A DNA stretch of 63,990 nucleotides, the filler included, from Asterionella formosa (Eukaryota), in assembly GCA_002256025.1 (NCBI GenBank). It is 8 parts of 8 records of this genome, joined end to end, with 100 filler letters (N's around TTAATTAATTAA, not from the genome) between each part and the next. Parts side by side here need not be neighbours in the genome. Positions count along the whole stretch, not along the records: positions 1 to 8,038 come from NKIB01012335.1; positions 8,139 to 16,175 come from NKIB01012337.1; 6 more parts are not named here. One strand, 5' to 3'. Below are positions 1-12,249 of the stretch, in pieces (position 1 is the stretch's first letter; the number at the start of each line of letters is the position of its first letter). Both the position numbers and the translations under genes were made by a program. The notes below the pieces were generated by a model that worked only from the letters and a program-made list of their open reading frames with translations, was not told where the DNA came from and ran no database searches.

Positions 1-2427
1 TCATCAACAACACCGTTTATCATATGATCAATATGTTATGATCAAAGGTATAGGATAAACGAATCAAAATTTATGGATTAAAGATCATAGTTTTTACCGG
101 GGTAGTTGCTCATGCAGCATGCAACCCGTTCCCCCCCCTGTACACAGTACAGAAGTGATAACCCCCAAGCTACCAAATTTTGATGTCTTGTAAGAATTAT
201 CGCAGCATGCATGCATACATGACTCCTACTGGTATATACAATGCGGAAATGATGACCACCTGACTACCAATCCTATAGGTCCTGTAGAGTTATTGCAACA
301 TGGCTGCATATCTAATGAAAGGGCGGGAGGAGTCATACATGCTGCACCTGTATAGTATGAAATATGGAAATGATCAAATACAGCTAGTCTACACAAGGAG
401 CAGTACATCATATATGCCCTGCTGTTGTTAATATAAATCCTATGAGATGTCTTGATCTGTTCTGCGATTTTTCACCACAATTGTTTTCATGGGCTGTTTC
501 ACTGGACAGCATTCGAATTGATTGTGCTTTGAACGAAGCAATTATCAAAGTCCACCCCATCCCATTGCAGAATGGTTAGTCTCACAACTAAGTATCAGCC
601 AGTCGATTAAAATTGGACTGTCTTTTGTGCACCCTCGTTGTGTTGTACTTGACTTGGCAGCTGTCAGCCAATAGCAGCCATGGTATGCCACCATTTATTA
701 TCTGTACGAGTTTCGAATGCAGTCAGCTATGATAACTTTTGTTCCCCCCTCCTAAACACTATCTCACCACCCTTGTCATAGATTTTTCTTTATCCTTTCG
801 CTTCACAGGCCCAGGTCACCCAATGCCTTCATCTGCAAGGAGTTCAGCCGAGCAGGTCCACGTTGGCGTCAAGAAAACCTCAACCCCGATTTTCCTCACA
901 TGCTCCACCCATTGACTTCTTCATTGATGAAGTCAAGGTAGATATATTTATATCAGGTGGCACAGGCTTGTGTATAGATTGATGATGCCGAAAGCATTGC
1001 TTCCTTTTCATGTAGGTACCTATTTGTCAACATTGTTTGGGTCCTCGATCTATTCTTGTTCCCGCAAGACCAGAAGCAATTATCCCTGAACTTCTCCCCC
1101 CCCCCCACGAACCTTCATTTCTCTTTCCAATTGTCCCGATGTTTGCAGAGCAATTTTAGTTCCCTTTTGAATTTTTCACTGGTTTCGATCCCTTTTGCTC
1201 CGTTCAAGTCAAGAAACAAGCAACTCATTGAGATTTCTGGAGGTCTCGGTCAGTGGCACCATAGTACAGCAAGCAACAATCAACAGATCATGGCGGCTGT
1301 TCTACATTTTCTGTAGCAAGTGACAAAGTGACATTCAAGGGTCTGGGATCATTGGGGAGAAAAATTAGTAGGATTCTCTGTGTTTGCCCCGCCCATTTGG
1401 CAGCCATTCTACCATTGCTTCCTCGCACCAATCAATACTAGATAGTATAGCTAATGAAAACCGTAATTAGATGAAATGTGACTTCCGGTTTCTAATATTT
1501 TACATTGTGGCACTACTGAAACTTTAATCCATAAATGGGCATTCAACTTGTGCTTCTTGCATTTTTGCAGTATAGACTGACTGGTGGTCGATAGGCCAAA
1601 GTGTCTGGCTTTTTATGAACATCTACAAAGTAGTTCTTTTGTCGAGGTTTGTGTCTAAATCCAACTGCTGCCATCCATTGAAACATTCCAGATACATCAA
1701 AGAATACATTCCTGTCTTCAAAGGTAAGGAACTAGTACGATGACAAAGAAAATCTAATGAGACATGAAAATTACGAAACCAGAATCACTCTGTTACTATA
1801 AATAGATGGCACAGTCTAATGCTTCTTTCTGCATATCGCCTGCTATGCTGCGTTTCAATTGTAGATGTATTATGTTCTTGTTAGAGAGACGATGTTACGG
1901 AGAAGTAGATTGTGCTGTTCTATAATGGATGTTGTTTACTAGCTATGATTGAGGTTGTAACACTGACCGATGCTCTGGTGACAAACCGGAAATATTCGTC
2001 TTGTGTGATGAGCCATTTCGTTTTCATTGGATTTCTTTTCAAGCTCTTAACGGATTGCATAGTACGAACATACTGTGCAATGTAGATGATGATTCATTGA
2101 AGACATATGATGACTTGAACGACAAATGAAGATTTTATCACAAACACTCGTTCCTCTCGACATGGCTGCTTTGTTGTTGTTGCAAGAATCAGAGTGAGCA
2201 CTGGTGAGGATGATGAGCCAAACCACATAACATTAACTGGTACATTATCCTACCAAAAAATTTAAATAAAGGAACCTAAAAGAAACAATACATATAATAA
2301 TCAAATTTCTATAGCCAAAAGGGTTACTTTTTAAATTAAGAGGGCATTTATCAAAATTATTAGATGATATAATAACGAAAAATTATGATCAGATGATCAT
2401 TTTCCTATGATGCATCATAGGAATATG
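1..2427 (-). mobile_element. Decayed DNA transposon, copy A (right ~2.4 kb; the left part lies outside the window; the right terminus is lost at ~2428)
   Basis: Co-linear direct match to 59666-62062 along its whole length, and its end matches 40617-41010. Minus-strand transposase fragments: WMAAVGFRHKPRQKNYFVDVHKKPDTLAYR (~1588-1677) and GVEVFLTP..AELLADEGI (~815-890), with many stops and frameshifts. Confidence 0.85.
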
Positions 2428-3511
2428 AATCAGGTTCTTTGCCCTTTGTATGCATGTCGATCTAACCGACCCAATTTATCAGCTTGCAACAAATGGTGGA
2501 CTCCCGCCAACAAATATACATAGTGACAGGCAGAGCAAGGTTCAGTCGTTTTCATGCAACAATCAAGAATTTCCTGGAGATGCAAACATCAATATTAATT
2601 TATTTTTATTTGACGAATAAATTCGAAGGAAGGTTATAGCAAGATGAGCACGGTGGTTAATCGATGATTGCTGGCAATCAATTGGACTCAAATTTGGCAG
2701 AATTGATGATGAAAACAAAATGCAGACTCATCTATACTATGGTAAACAGAATTAATCAGACAACTGCATAGTCAAACTAACATTAACAAGGCTAAGGCTG
2801 TAACTTCTATTCTTCAACAGTCTAATTTAAAAACCACATACCACACACGCAATGGGCTTTTAGAATGGTAGCTGCTTTACAGACATGCAACTGACGCTAC
2901 ATACTACTACTAGACTAAGTTTACTTACAACTTTGCTGAAGAGCTAGCAAGTATATCAGAGATTGACTACGCAGCATGGGGTTGATTGCTTTGATGAGTG
3001 ATTGTCAGTTTATACTTTAGAAATGACAAAGGTGAAATGTGGCAAACAGTAGACTGATCATATGGTTTCGCAATGTTTAATTAATGACAAGGACAACGAA
3101 AAGTTCATGCCAACAAGATTCTATCATGCACTGGTATGTACTGACATGTATGACTTTAAATTGCGAAAGGCTTGGCGATGCTTTAGACTGCTTCTCTGAA
3201 TCGTTATTCAAAGAATTGTGTGCTTCACCCTTGCACTAATTCACTTGTTTAACCTCGCGTGGTTGCTCTTGTCTTCCCTTGTCTTAGCTGCCGACTCTTG
3301 GTTGTTCGATTCAACTCTAAAAGCTAGAACTTAATAGTCGCGTTGTCGCTATATTGAATTTCTCAGCTTCGACTCCTTCGATTCGTGTCGCGTGGTTTGT
3401 ATCATCCGGTGCTCGCCTGATATACTAACTCCATCGCGTCCGTCCTTGTCCGTAATATCAAGTATTCCCTCCCTTGCTTGACCGTGGTGAAAATATGGTA
3501 TAGAGAAAGGC

Positions 3512-3548
3512 AAAAATTCTACCCAGTAGTACTGGGGGTAGAATTTTT
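3512..3548. repeat. Hairpin/palindrome: 13-bp arms AAAAATTCTACCC / GGGTAGAATTTTT around an 11-bp spacer
   Basis: Perfect inverted arms at 3512-3524 and 3536-3548. Its right part (GTAGTA[C/T]TGGGGGTAGAATT) recurs in direct orientation at 6385-6404. Confidence 0.85.
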
Positions 3549-3569
3549 TTTCACATTTTGGTAGCTACC

Positions 3570-6440
3570 AACGGACCGATGGAACCCTGCAGTATGCCAT
3601 GGTATTGTCCAAGAAATTCTACCAGGGGTACCTAGTACCTCGTACTGGAGTACCGGTAGTGGTACCAGTGCCAGCACTGTACCAGGGGTACCTCGTACCT
3701 CGTACTGGAGTACCGGCACTGGTACCTGGTACCCTGCCCTGGTACCAGGCATGTGTAGCTGGTGAGTACTTTTGGGCACGACTCGTACCTGTACCTGTGT
3801 ACCTGGTGCACTGGCTTTGTTGTGTTTTGTTCAGGGATTATAATGCTGGTAAAACATCATAAATTAATATAAACTTAAACATCAGCATGGCAACAAGCAA
3901 TGTTGACCAGGAGAGTAAATGAACTGACACATTCCCATGCTTACAAAAATGTACTTATTTCCATGATGTTGTACAGAGGTTATGGCAAATAGCCAATGAT
4001 AGTACTACAAGCTGTGAGTTTAGTGTAAAGGAGCCTGGGGAAAACAAGGATAATAACCAAACACTTGTCCAGTATTATTCCATGAACTATTACTGCAAAA
4101 AAGGCATTGTAGTACTTTATGCCACATTGTCTTTTCACTTGGAATGTAATTACCCACAGTGGAAATCCAACAAGGTATGGCTGTGCCTGTCAATGCTGAC
4201 TTTGTCATCAAAAAGGCAATAAAACAGAACAAGTCTGCAGACTAGACAAGGGAAAAATTACAAGTAAGGGAGCCTCTAGAGTCTCACATTTAGCAAGATT
4301 TCAATCATGATGGCTGGTCATCCTTTTCTCATTCAAGTATAAAATATCCAATTCATCGCTCAATGGTATAATCTGCCTGTGTGTGTGTGTTGTGTCTGTC
4401 AATTCCATGTGGTCAGCCAAATTGACAATTGCTTCCAACTAACAAGAAAACTAACTGCAAATATTTGATTCCTTATCGCTCTGATGGCCAAGCTGCATCT
4501 GTGTTGAACGCAAATTCTAAGGACAAGAGGGATGCGCCAAGCCAGGTTCTCATTGATTGCATCCCTGTCAAAAGGCAGTTGTTTTCTCGTTTCCTTGGCC
4601 ATTATCCTGAGACGGAGTGTATGGACCAATGCACTAACCCAAAAAACAGTGTGTTTTCTGCTAAGAACTGACAATCCAGCAAATGCTAAAGAAAGACTTA
4701 GACAATTCTGCAAGATGATGTGCATGCAGGAAAATCATGAGTTTTGACAATTGAACAATGGTAAATTGTCAAAACAGGATCTCTAAGTAAACATTAACAC
4801 ATACAAGTTGAAATGAATGCTCCTGATATGATATTGTTTGAATGAGGGTCGCACATATCGTGGTGGTCAGCGCTGGGCAGTGTTCCTGACAAAGTTGCTT
4901 TTGCTGCAACAAATGCCAACAGCAACCCAAAATGGAAATGTCAGCCATATGCTTTCAAAGCGATCAATCCTAAACAAGTTCAGAGGTAACAAACAGAGTT
5001 GAACGATTAAAACGAGTGAGCTAAAAAAATTTTAAATCTATTTTCGATCGCCTGGTTGAGCTGGGCTTGAAAAAATGATGATGTGAGCCCTGTATGTCAT
5101 TGTGAACCTTTCTAGTCACCTATCCAGAGTACCCATGAAGTGCAAGACATCGGGGATTATAAACCATTCTTAGTTTATTTATTTCAAGTTCAATGCTGAC
5201 TTTGAGACTGACTAAGTATATATTACTCATGAATTCCTGGTTACTAGAGTATAAGTTCTACTTTCTTTGTAGAAGTGACCGTTTAACCAGAAGGAAATCA
5301 CTGTATGATATCCTACTTCGAAATCAAACATTGTAATAAGTGTTCTGAAATGTGTGGTTATGCCTTTTCCTTGGCTAAATGTTAGTAGAATATGTCTATA
5401 GCTGATGAATCATATATCTGGGGTTGGTTTACATAGCCACACTAGCTATCCCTATAGGTCAGATCCATTCTTGAGCTAGCTAAAGTTCTACTTTAGTAGA
5501 GCTTTTGGAATAGTCAACATTTGCTATGTTTGTTGTAACTATTTAAATAGCCTTATGTGTACGCTACCCAGCCAAGCAATGTACCATAGGTCCATGCCAC
5601 ACAGCTTGCTCTAGGAACCAACAAACCAACAATCAAGCAGGTATTGCGGACAAACAAGCAAACATGGATGTGGATCCTGATAATGAAAGAAACCTTCCAA
5701 GGCACCAAAAATATATTTGTTCTTTGGTAAGAATGGGAAGTTGGAATCACCGAACAAAAAACCAGAAAGGCTACTATTTACAAGCAGCAGGGCAGGGAGG
5801 ATGAGGAAATATGCATCTACTATCAGCAGGCGCAAGGTTGTCTGGGATGCAGTGGCGACTCTAGCTAGTTTTAGTGGGTAGATGGCACATCTAGCCCTGT
5901 ATTAAATCTATGAGACATATGGTTTGGATAAGATTGTTACTCACATTCTCGTCAACCAAATGTTGAAAGGTTGCAGTGGTGGTGGGCATCCACAACTACA
6001 GCCGTGTTAAGCTAGATAAATGCGTATACTACTAAATAATAACATAAATACTTACTAAATTAAATTCTAAATTTCATTTTCAATGTACTGTACCTTGTTA
6101 TTTCATTGCCTGCTTCTTACCCGGTATAAATACCAGACCAGTTGAATCAGCATTACACACAACGAAGCTAGCAAAATCCGGCAACACCAGGTGCTGGTAC
6201 CTGGTACATACCGTAGTACCAGGTACTGTTACCAGGGTACTTCATGCATTGTAACAGCATCGCCCCTGGTAACCCTGGTACCAGGTACCAGCACGGTGGC
6301 ACCGCCCACTCATACACAGTGCATGCTTTGTACGTGCATCATGATAGTTAACTAGTGCACTAGCTTTCACTATGACAAAAAATGGTAGTATTGGGGGTAG
6401 AATTAATTGTCAATACTGGCACAGTATGACTCCATCCGTT
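3570..6440 (+). mobile_element. Decayed Crypton-like (tyrosine recombinase) element bounded by long imperfect inverted repeats
   Basis: Plus-strand remnants CQFHVVSQIDNCF, KDKRDAPSQVLI and CFLVSLAIILR (4395-4625), and a GCR1_C-like C-terminus APKNIFVLW*EWEVGI..KPERLLFT..SRRKVVWDAV..IYETYG..GGHPQL (~5700-6010). 3570-3622 is the approximate reverse complement of 6396-6440, with further inverted patches out to ~3850/6148. Confidence 0.65.
3620..3726. repeat. GTAC-rich tandem duplication, period 60 bp
   Basis: TACCAGGGGTACCT[A/C]GTACCTCGTACTGGAGTACCGG occurs at 3620 and 3680. Confidence 0.9.
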
Positions 6441-7559
6441 ATATGCACAAGATACATTCTGGAGCTTAAGAAATAGAAAATGAATGATTTTTCATAACAA
6501 AACGTGTTTTTTATACCGTCAGTGGGTCAATTCAGTTCGTAATTTTTCTCAGTGGGTCAATGCAGTTTTTTACTGGTATCAGGTACCGGTAGCGATAAAG
6601 AAAGTAGTATGGATATATTCCCAATATATCTGATAGTATAGGTGATGATAGAAGAATTGCTTACTGGCATGTTTATGTACATCGCTTGCTATTTTTCGTC
6701 AATTGCGGGCGCCGGAATCCTTGGAAATGTCATTCAATACTTGATGGAACAAGCGGAATCAAAGTGCTGAAGCCAAGGCATCATATTCAGACGCTCTATT
6801 GGCTGGAACTTGATAATGCAGGTTGGAATGCTGAAGGAGGTCTTGGCATCTACTGGCTGCATTGGACATTAGCCAATTGAGTGGAATTACCAAGGAGGTT
6901 GATGTGATTACAGGACTAATTCATGTCGCTTTGCACCTTGATTCTACAGTAGCTGCTATTGATTTGAATACTGAATATGTAGAAACTCTGCTTTATTTGA
7001 TGAAGAATAATTGTCCCAAAGTTCCTCTAGTAGCTAATTCGAGTGGAAGGCAAATTGAATGACCTTGGTACTATCCTTCTGCAAAGTCGACATTTGCATA
7101 AGGTTGCTGCGCGCAGTTGACCGTGTTGCTATGTGCATGCAAAAGGATCCATTGACAACGGCAAGACAAAGCCAGTTTTTTCAGTGCCTTGATACGCCAC
7201 CTTTTAAGGGCGACACAGAGAAGCATTATTTGCATTCACCGCATTGCGATGACTTAAGAATGCTGGAGAGATTGAGTTTATCATTTCCGCTTCTTTCTTC
7301 ATTGGCCTTGTTACAAAAATAAAGTTAAAGAAAAAGGGAAGGTTGTATTCAGTGCCAATGACGACGCATTGCGAAACCCTGTTTGGAAAAACTTCAACAG
7401 GAAATTGGTGCCATCATCGCAATTGATTCTGAAAAAATCAATGACGATGTGGAGGACAAAGCTTTGGCTTGTTGCTACATGATTGTAGAATATTGAAAAA
7501 TCTATTATATATTTTAGTAGTGTCAATGATAGTCAATGTGTTGTTGTTTCGAGGAACCT

Positions 7560-7900
7560 AAACTTGTAGGAGTGAATGCCCACCATTGTGACAATCCTTT
7601 TTCATTTGGTTGATTATCTGGGACACTGTTTTGTCAACACCATATGCTTCATAAATGCGGTCAATGGCTACATGAGCAGTATAGTATCAACTTGAACTAA
7701 GCATGCCACTGCTTCCCACAAAACCTTGTGCCAACAATAGAGGCACTTTACATGCCCCCTTTCAACCCTTGTAAATAGCCTAGCAGACTTTCGACCACCA
7801 ATTCCCACTTCAAGCTCCTGCCAGAGTACAAAGAGTGTCTTTGGGGTCTTACTAGCTAAGACTGCTGCGGTATTTGGGCTCCACAACCATGATACCCACG
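7560..7900 (-). pseudogene. Second Crypton-like GCR1_C-type C-terminal fragment
   Basis: SKTPKTLFVLWQELEVGIGGRKSARLFTRVERGHVK..KVLWEAVACLV, continuing after a frameshift as AIDRIYEAYGVDKTVSQIINQMKKDCHNGGH. Homologous to the 5700-6010 fragment but on the opposite strand. Confidence 0.65.
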
Positions 7901-8338
7901 TCAAATCCAAATTCATTGTCGCTTTGATTGTTATTCACTCCTGGATCCTGAAATTCGAAACTTGCATCATGTCAAACCTTGATTAGAAATTTGCGATGCT
8001 AGAAAGTAGTCGAAATTTGTTGTCACATGCTGCTCAATNNNNNNNNNNNNNNNNNNNNNNNNNNNNNNNNNNNNNNNNNNNNTTAATTAATTAANNNNNN
8101 NNNNNNNNNNNNNNNNNNNNNNNNNNNNNNNNNNNNNNTACTATTGGATGCATCAAGGACTGGTGCTCCAGGTACTAGGTAGATACTTAGCTACTACAAA
8201 CAAAGGTAGGTGAAAGTACCGGAATGATACTGCAGTATTGGATACTGAGGACTGTTCTTATCATTCTGTGATTGGTCATCATTGGTGTTTCATCTTCGTC
8301 GGGTTTTGTTTTGAAAATGACGGTTAGTATCATATTTT

Positions 8339-8993
8339 TGTATCACCAAGAGTTTTTGTCTGATCACTGGTGTATCATGGGTGTATCACTGATTCAGTTT
8401 TTGGACTCCTGACCAATGCTGTATCAGTAATAAAGCTGTTGATTGCAGTGTATCACGTCCATTGTCACTGATTAAATAACTGTAAGCATGCCTGCGCCAT
8501 ACATATAATTTATTTTGTTGATGGGAAAATCAACATCAGCAACACAGTGAACATGAAAACACAACTGGTGCAATCGAACAATGATCTAATGGCATCTATA
8601 ATTCAAACTCTAGCCTCATACCACTTTTGCAAGCCCTTTTGTCACATGATAGTATTGTTGTAGTTGTAGCATCGTTCATAAAATGATATATTAGACCTCA
8701 ACGGCGCAGTGGCTTGTTTGCCATTCTGATGGAGAAATGGCCAATTATCAACATGGCCAATCATGTGTTGACAACAACATGTTGATGAGTCTACCAGTAC
8801 TGGTAGCATGTATTCGCAGGCTTAGTCACATGATATATTTGTTATTAAATACTGTTTATTTTTATTTAGGCTATGCATAAGCAAATTATTGCTCAGATTT
8901 ATTTAGATGTTTGTCGCTGGCCTGTCGCTTGTCTTTTGCTGCTAACAATCCATGTTCCACCATGAGACACTGTGATCACAAATTAGTGATACA
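8339..8993. repeat. MITE-like non-coding segment with imperfect inverted repeats
   Basis: 8339-8380 (TGTATCACCAA..TGATCACTGGTGTATCATGG) is the approximate reverse complement of 8960-8993. The TGTATCA motif is reiterated on the left and TGATACA on the right. Confidence 0.45.
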
Positions 8994-11488
8994 GTGTCAA
9001 GAAGTTTGGAATGAATGAAATTCAGTTCAAATCGAGTTACTGTTACTGACACATTTTGAAAAAATTTCAAATTAAGTGATACACAATGAAAAGTGTCAAG
9101 CAAGAAAGAAAAAATTGCTTGGGGTTCTTAGAAATGTAGTAAGGATTATCAGTTTCTGAGGAGACATATGCACTGTACGCACTAGTACTTTCACAAAACA
9201 GGCAGCATTTAATTTCCACAACACAATCGAAACCTGAACCCAATTGAGACCTGTATGGAGAACATACACAGACTGCAAAATCGTTGTAACATGTACACTC
9301 CTGAAACAGGCAGCATTGGATAGAAAGAGTGTTACTCTAGCATTCTTGGTATATTTGTATTCCCCATAAAAGCACTGTTAGCTATACACAGAAATGCTAT
9401 ATACTGTTAAGAAAATTGAAAGGGGTAGCATCAATCACTGCCTCAAACACCATCCTCTGATCTTCATACTAGGTAGAATAGTACAGTGCTGTATCACTGC
9501 ATACAAAGAATGAAATTTTCAGCAAAAAATACCGGTTGTCACCAATCACAATATGCTATTTGTATCATGTTTTACCTTGAATTGTTGTCAGGAATCATGT
9601 TCAGAACACAATGCAATTTTTTCAAATACTAGCAATGAGTCATCATAAGTTGTAGCAACATCTAAAATTAAAGTTGTGTTTTTATATTTTTAATGACACT
9701 GACTAGTAATGAACTTCCACTTATAGCTAACTTTATCATTAGCAATCTCTCAATGTTGACCTAGTCCTCAGAGTATAATTCCAAAAGCTTGGGTTAGACC
9801 AGTTAGCAGTATTTGTGCTTCATCAATTTTGTATAATTAGTACTATTACACAGAACTATATTTCCCTCTTCTTCGAAACTACCATTTTAAGCTATTTGAT
9901 TCACTTCCAGTCTGACGGGTTTTAGGAATTCAAGTATCCCATTAGTACTACTAGCCAGGACATTGGCTGACTCCTCCTTGCTTTTAGTAACAAATTGACC
10001 AATGACAATAAAAATGGATCTGGCTGATTGTCACAATGTGAATGAATGCATTGTTGTTTCCTTCAATAAATCACAGTGAGATTATGATTTGAGAATTCAT
10101 ATTCCCATGGATTGAATGTTATGGGGTTTGGGGGGTGCACGAGTCAAGGCGGTGCGTGAAATGCCAAGACCATGCGTGAAAGATGTTGAGCAAGCCCAAG
10201 GGATCCCTCGAGGTGCAAAAAGTAGTTTAACAAGTGACGTACAATGTACGTCAAACTCTTGTTAAAGAGTTTAGAACAGTTACTACACAAGATCAAAGCC
10301 AATAGGCGAAGAGAGATGTCNNNNNNNNNNNNNNNNNNNNNNNNNNNNNNNNNNNNNNNNNNNNNNNNNNNNNNNNNNNNNNNNNNNNNNNNNNNNNNNN
10401 NNNNNNNNNNNNNNNNNNNNNNNNNNNNNNNNNNNNNNNNNNNNNNNNNNNNNNNNNNNNNNNNNNNNNNNNNNNNNNNNNNNNNNNNNNNNNNNNNNNN
10501 NNNNNNNNNNNNNNNNNNNNNNNNNNNNNNNNNNNNNNNNNNNNNNNNNNNNNNNNNNNNNNNNNNNNNNNNNNNNNNNNNNNNNNNNNNNNNNNNNNNN
10601 NNNNNNNNNNNNNNNNNNNNNNNNNNNNNNNNNNNNNNNNNNNNNNNNNNNNNNNNNNNNNNNNNNNNNNNNNNNNNNNNNNNNNNNNNNNNNNNNNNNN
10701 NNNNNNNNNNNNNNNNNNTATACCAGGGTGTACGTGATACCTCATCACTTAGTGCTCAGCGCTAAGTCTGTCTATAATTTTTGACTAGGCGTGATGGAGC
10801 TTGCTCCTCATGCCGCCCCCCCAATCTATACCCATTTTCAGGTACCCGTATCCCCATCACATCTTTATTATTCGATCAACGACACGGGCCAGTTTGTTCA
10901 TTGCCAGCGTTGTGAAGGAATGATTTTGTTTATATGTATGCTGGGTTGTTGTTGATGCTTTACATACGCGAAATTTTGTTCTATGTAGGGCAAGTTGTCC
11001 TGCTTTGTACCTCCGCACATATTCCGGTAGGCTCTGTTCCTTTGTATGCATGTAGGGTTGCACCCCAACATTGGAATACCGGTAATTCCAAGGTTTCACT
11101 TTCGTAGGATGGATAGCAGGTGCCAGGTGCCAGGTACCTGGTACCACTAATAGGTTCCAGTACTGGCACCATGGGTACCAGGGTACAAGGTATTCATAAA
11201 TCATTTACAAACTGATCTACCTTTTTACGTGGACCAAATACCCGGTAAATGGTAACTACCAGTACATAGAATCTAATCATTTAGCTCATGCTGTACCTAA
11301 ACCTGCCACCACCAACAAAAACGAAAAGAATCGTCAAAACGAGGATGATGGCATCCTCACCACAAAAAAGGTTTTTTTGTCATGAAAGTTTCTCCTGTAT
11401 TTCCGGTGATTTTGAACATCGAGTTGAATAGCAAAAGGCACTTTTGGTATCACCTCTCGTCCACCACTGTTTAAAAAAATCCTTCATC

Positions 11489-12064
11489 ATGACCATCAGT
11501 AGTCTTCAAATAGCAGCAGCATCGAAGCAACAAACGGAAGGGTTTGAAAGCACCTTTCAGGCCGGGTTGGACCTTTCCGAATTTGGAGTGTCGTTGTCGC
11601 AACAAGTGCCTTGTGCGTCAGCGCAGCGTCTCCAAGACAAGCAAGCCAAATCGCATGAAGCGATACGGAATGAACGAGCTGATTCTATTATGGAGAATGT
11701 CGTACGAGGCCGGGTCTTGCAATTGAAGGATGCCTTATCAGTCATTAGCAGCACTGCTAGTGACGAACCAGCACGGGCGGCCCACCCCAACGACGATCCA
11801 TACAACAGCAATGTAATGACGACGGACTTGGCAGCGACCCTTTGTTCCATGCATGGAGGAGATGACCATGGGGGCGGGAAACATATGCACTCCTTGTCCA
11901 AGATGAAATCAAGGGCAACTACGACAGCGAATAGAAAGGCGTATTCGGCCAACAAACCCATTGTGAAAGCTCAACAACGAAAGCAAATGGCGAATAAAAA
12001 GGCAAAGAAATCAAAGCATGTTCGAACTGGATGGAAGGGAAAACCTGTGGGGAGAAATAGATAG
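11489..12064 (+). CDS. Hypothetical protein (191 aa, Lys-rich C-terminus)
   Basis: Uninterrupted ORF from ATG 11489 with coding-like composition, convergent with the carrier gene. No family recognised. Confidence 0.6.
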   Translation: MTISSLQIAAASKQQTEGFESTFQAGLDLSEFGVSLSQQVPCASAQRLQDKQAKSHEAIRNERADSIMENVVRGRVLQLKDALSVISSTASDEPARAAHPNDDPYNSNVMTTDLAATLCSMHGGDDHGGGKHMHSLSKMKSRATTTANRKAYSANKPIVKAQQRKQMANKKAKKSKHVRTGWKGKPVGRNR

Positions 12065-12249
12065 TTTACATTATTCAGACCTATTTCACTATAGTAGCTG
12101 TTGGTTCCTTAGATAGTCCATTCTTGAGGTCGTTTCCTCATGTCTCATTTGTTGCGCTTCATGGAGTCTTCATACGGTACATTCTACTTAAGTTTAAGAT
12201 TCTCGTTTCAAATCTTATCTTGATTGCGACCTTGTCCCGAATTTTGGGT

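Noticed and set aside
3240..3506. Possible LTR followed by a tRNA-Met PBS (TGGTATAGAG)
   Set aside because: The PBS match is imperfect, there is no TG..CA boundary or second copy, and no gag follows.
6686..7526. Short plus-strand ORFs as a transposase or host gene
   Set aside because: They are fragmented and no motif was recognisable. Probably TE debris, but not assignable.
8039..8138. TTAATTAATTAA embedded in N-runs (also near 16219, 24339, 32454, 40561, 48665, 56769)
   Set aside because: An identical 12-mer centred in 100-bp gaps with stops in all six frames is an artificial scaffolding linker. Adjacency across these gaps is therefore less certain.
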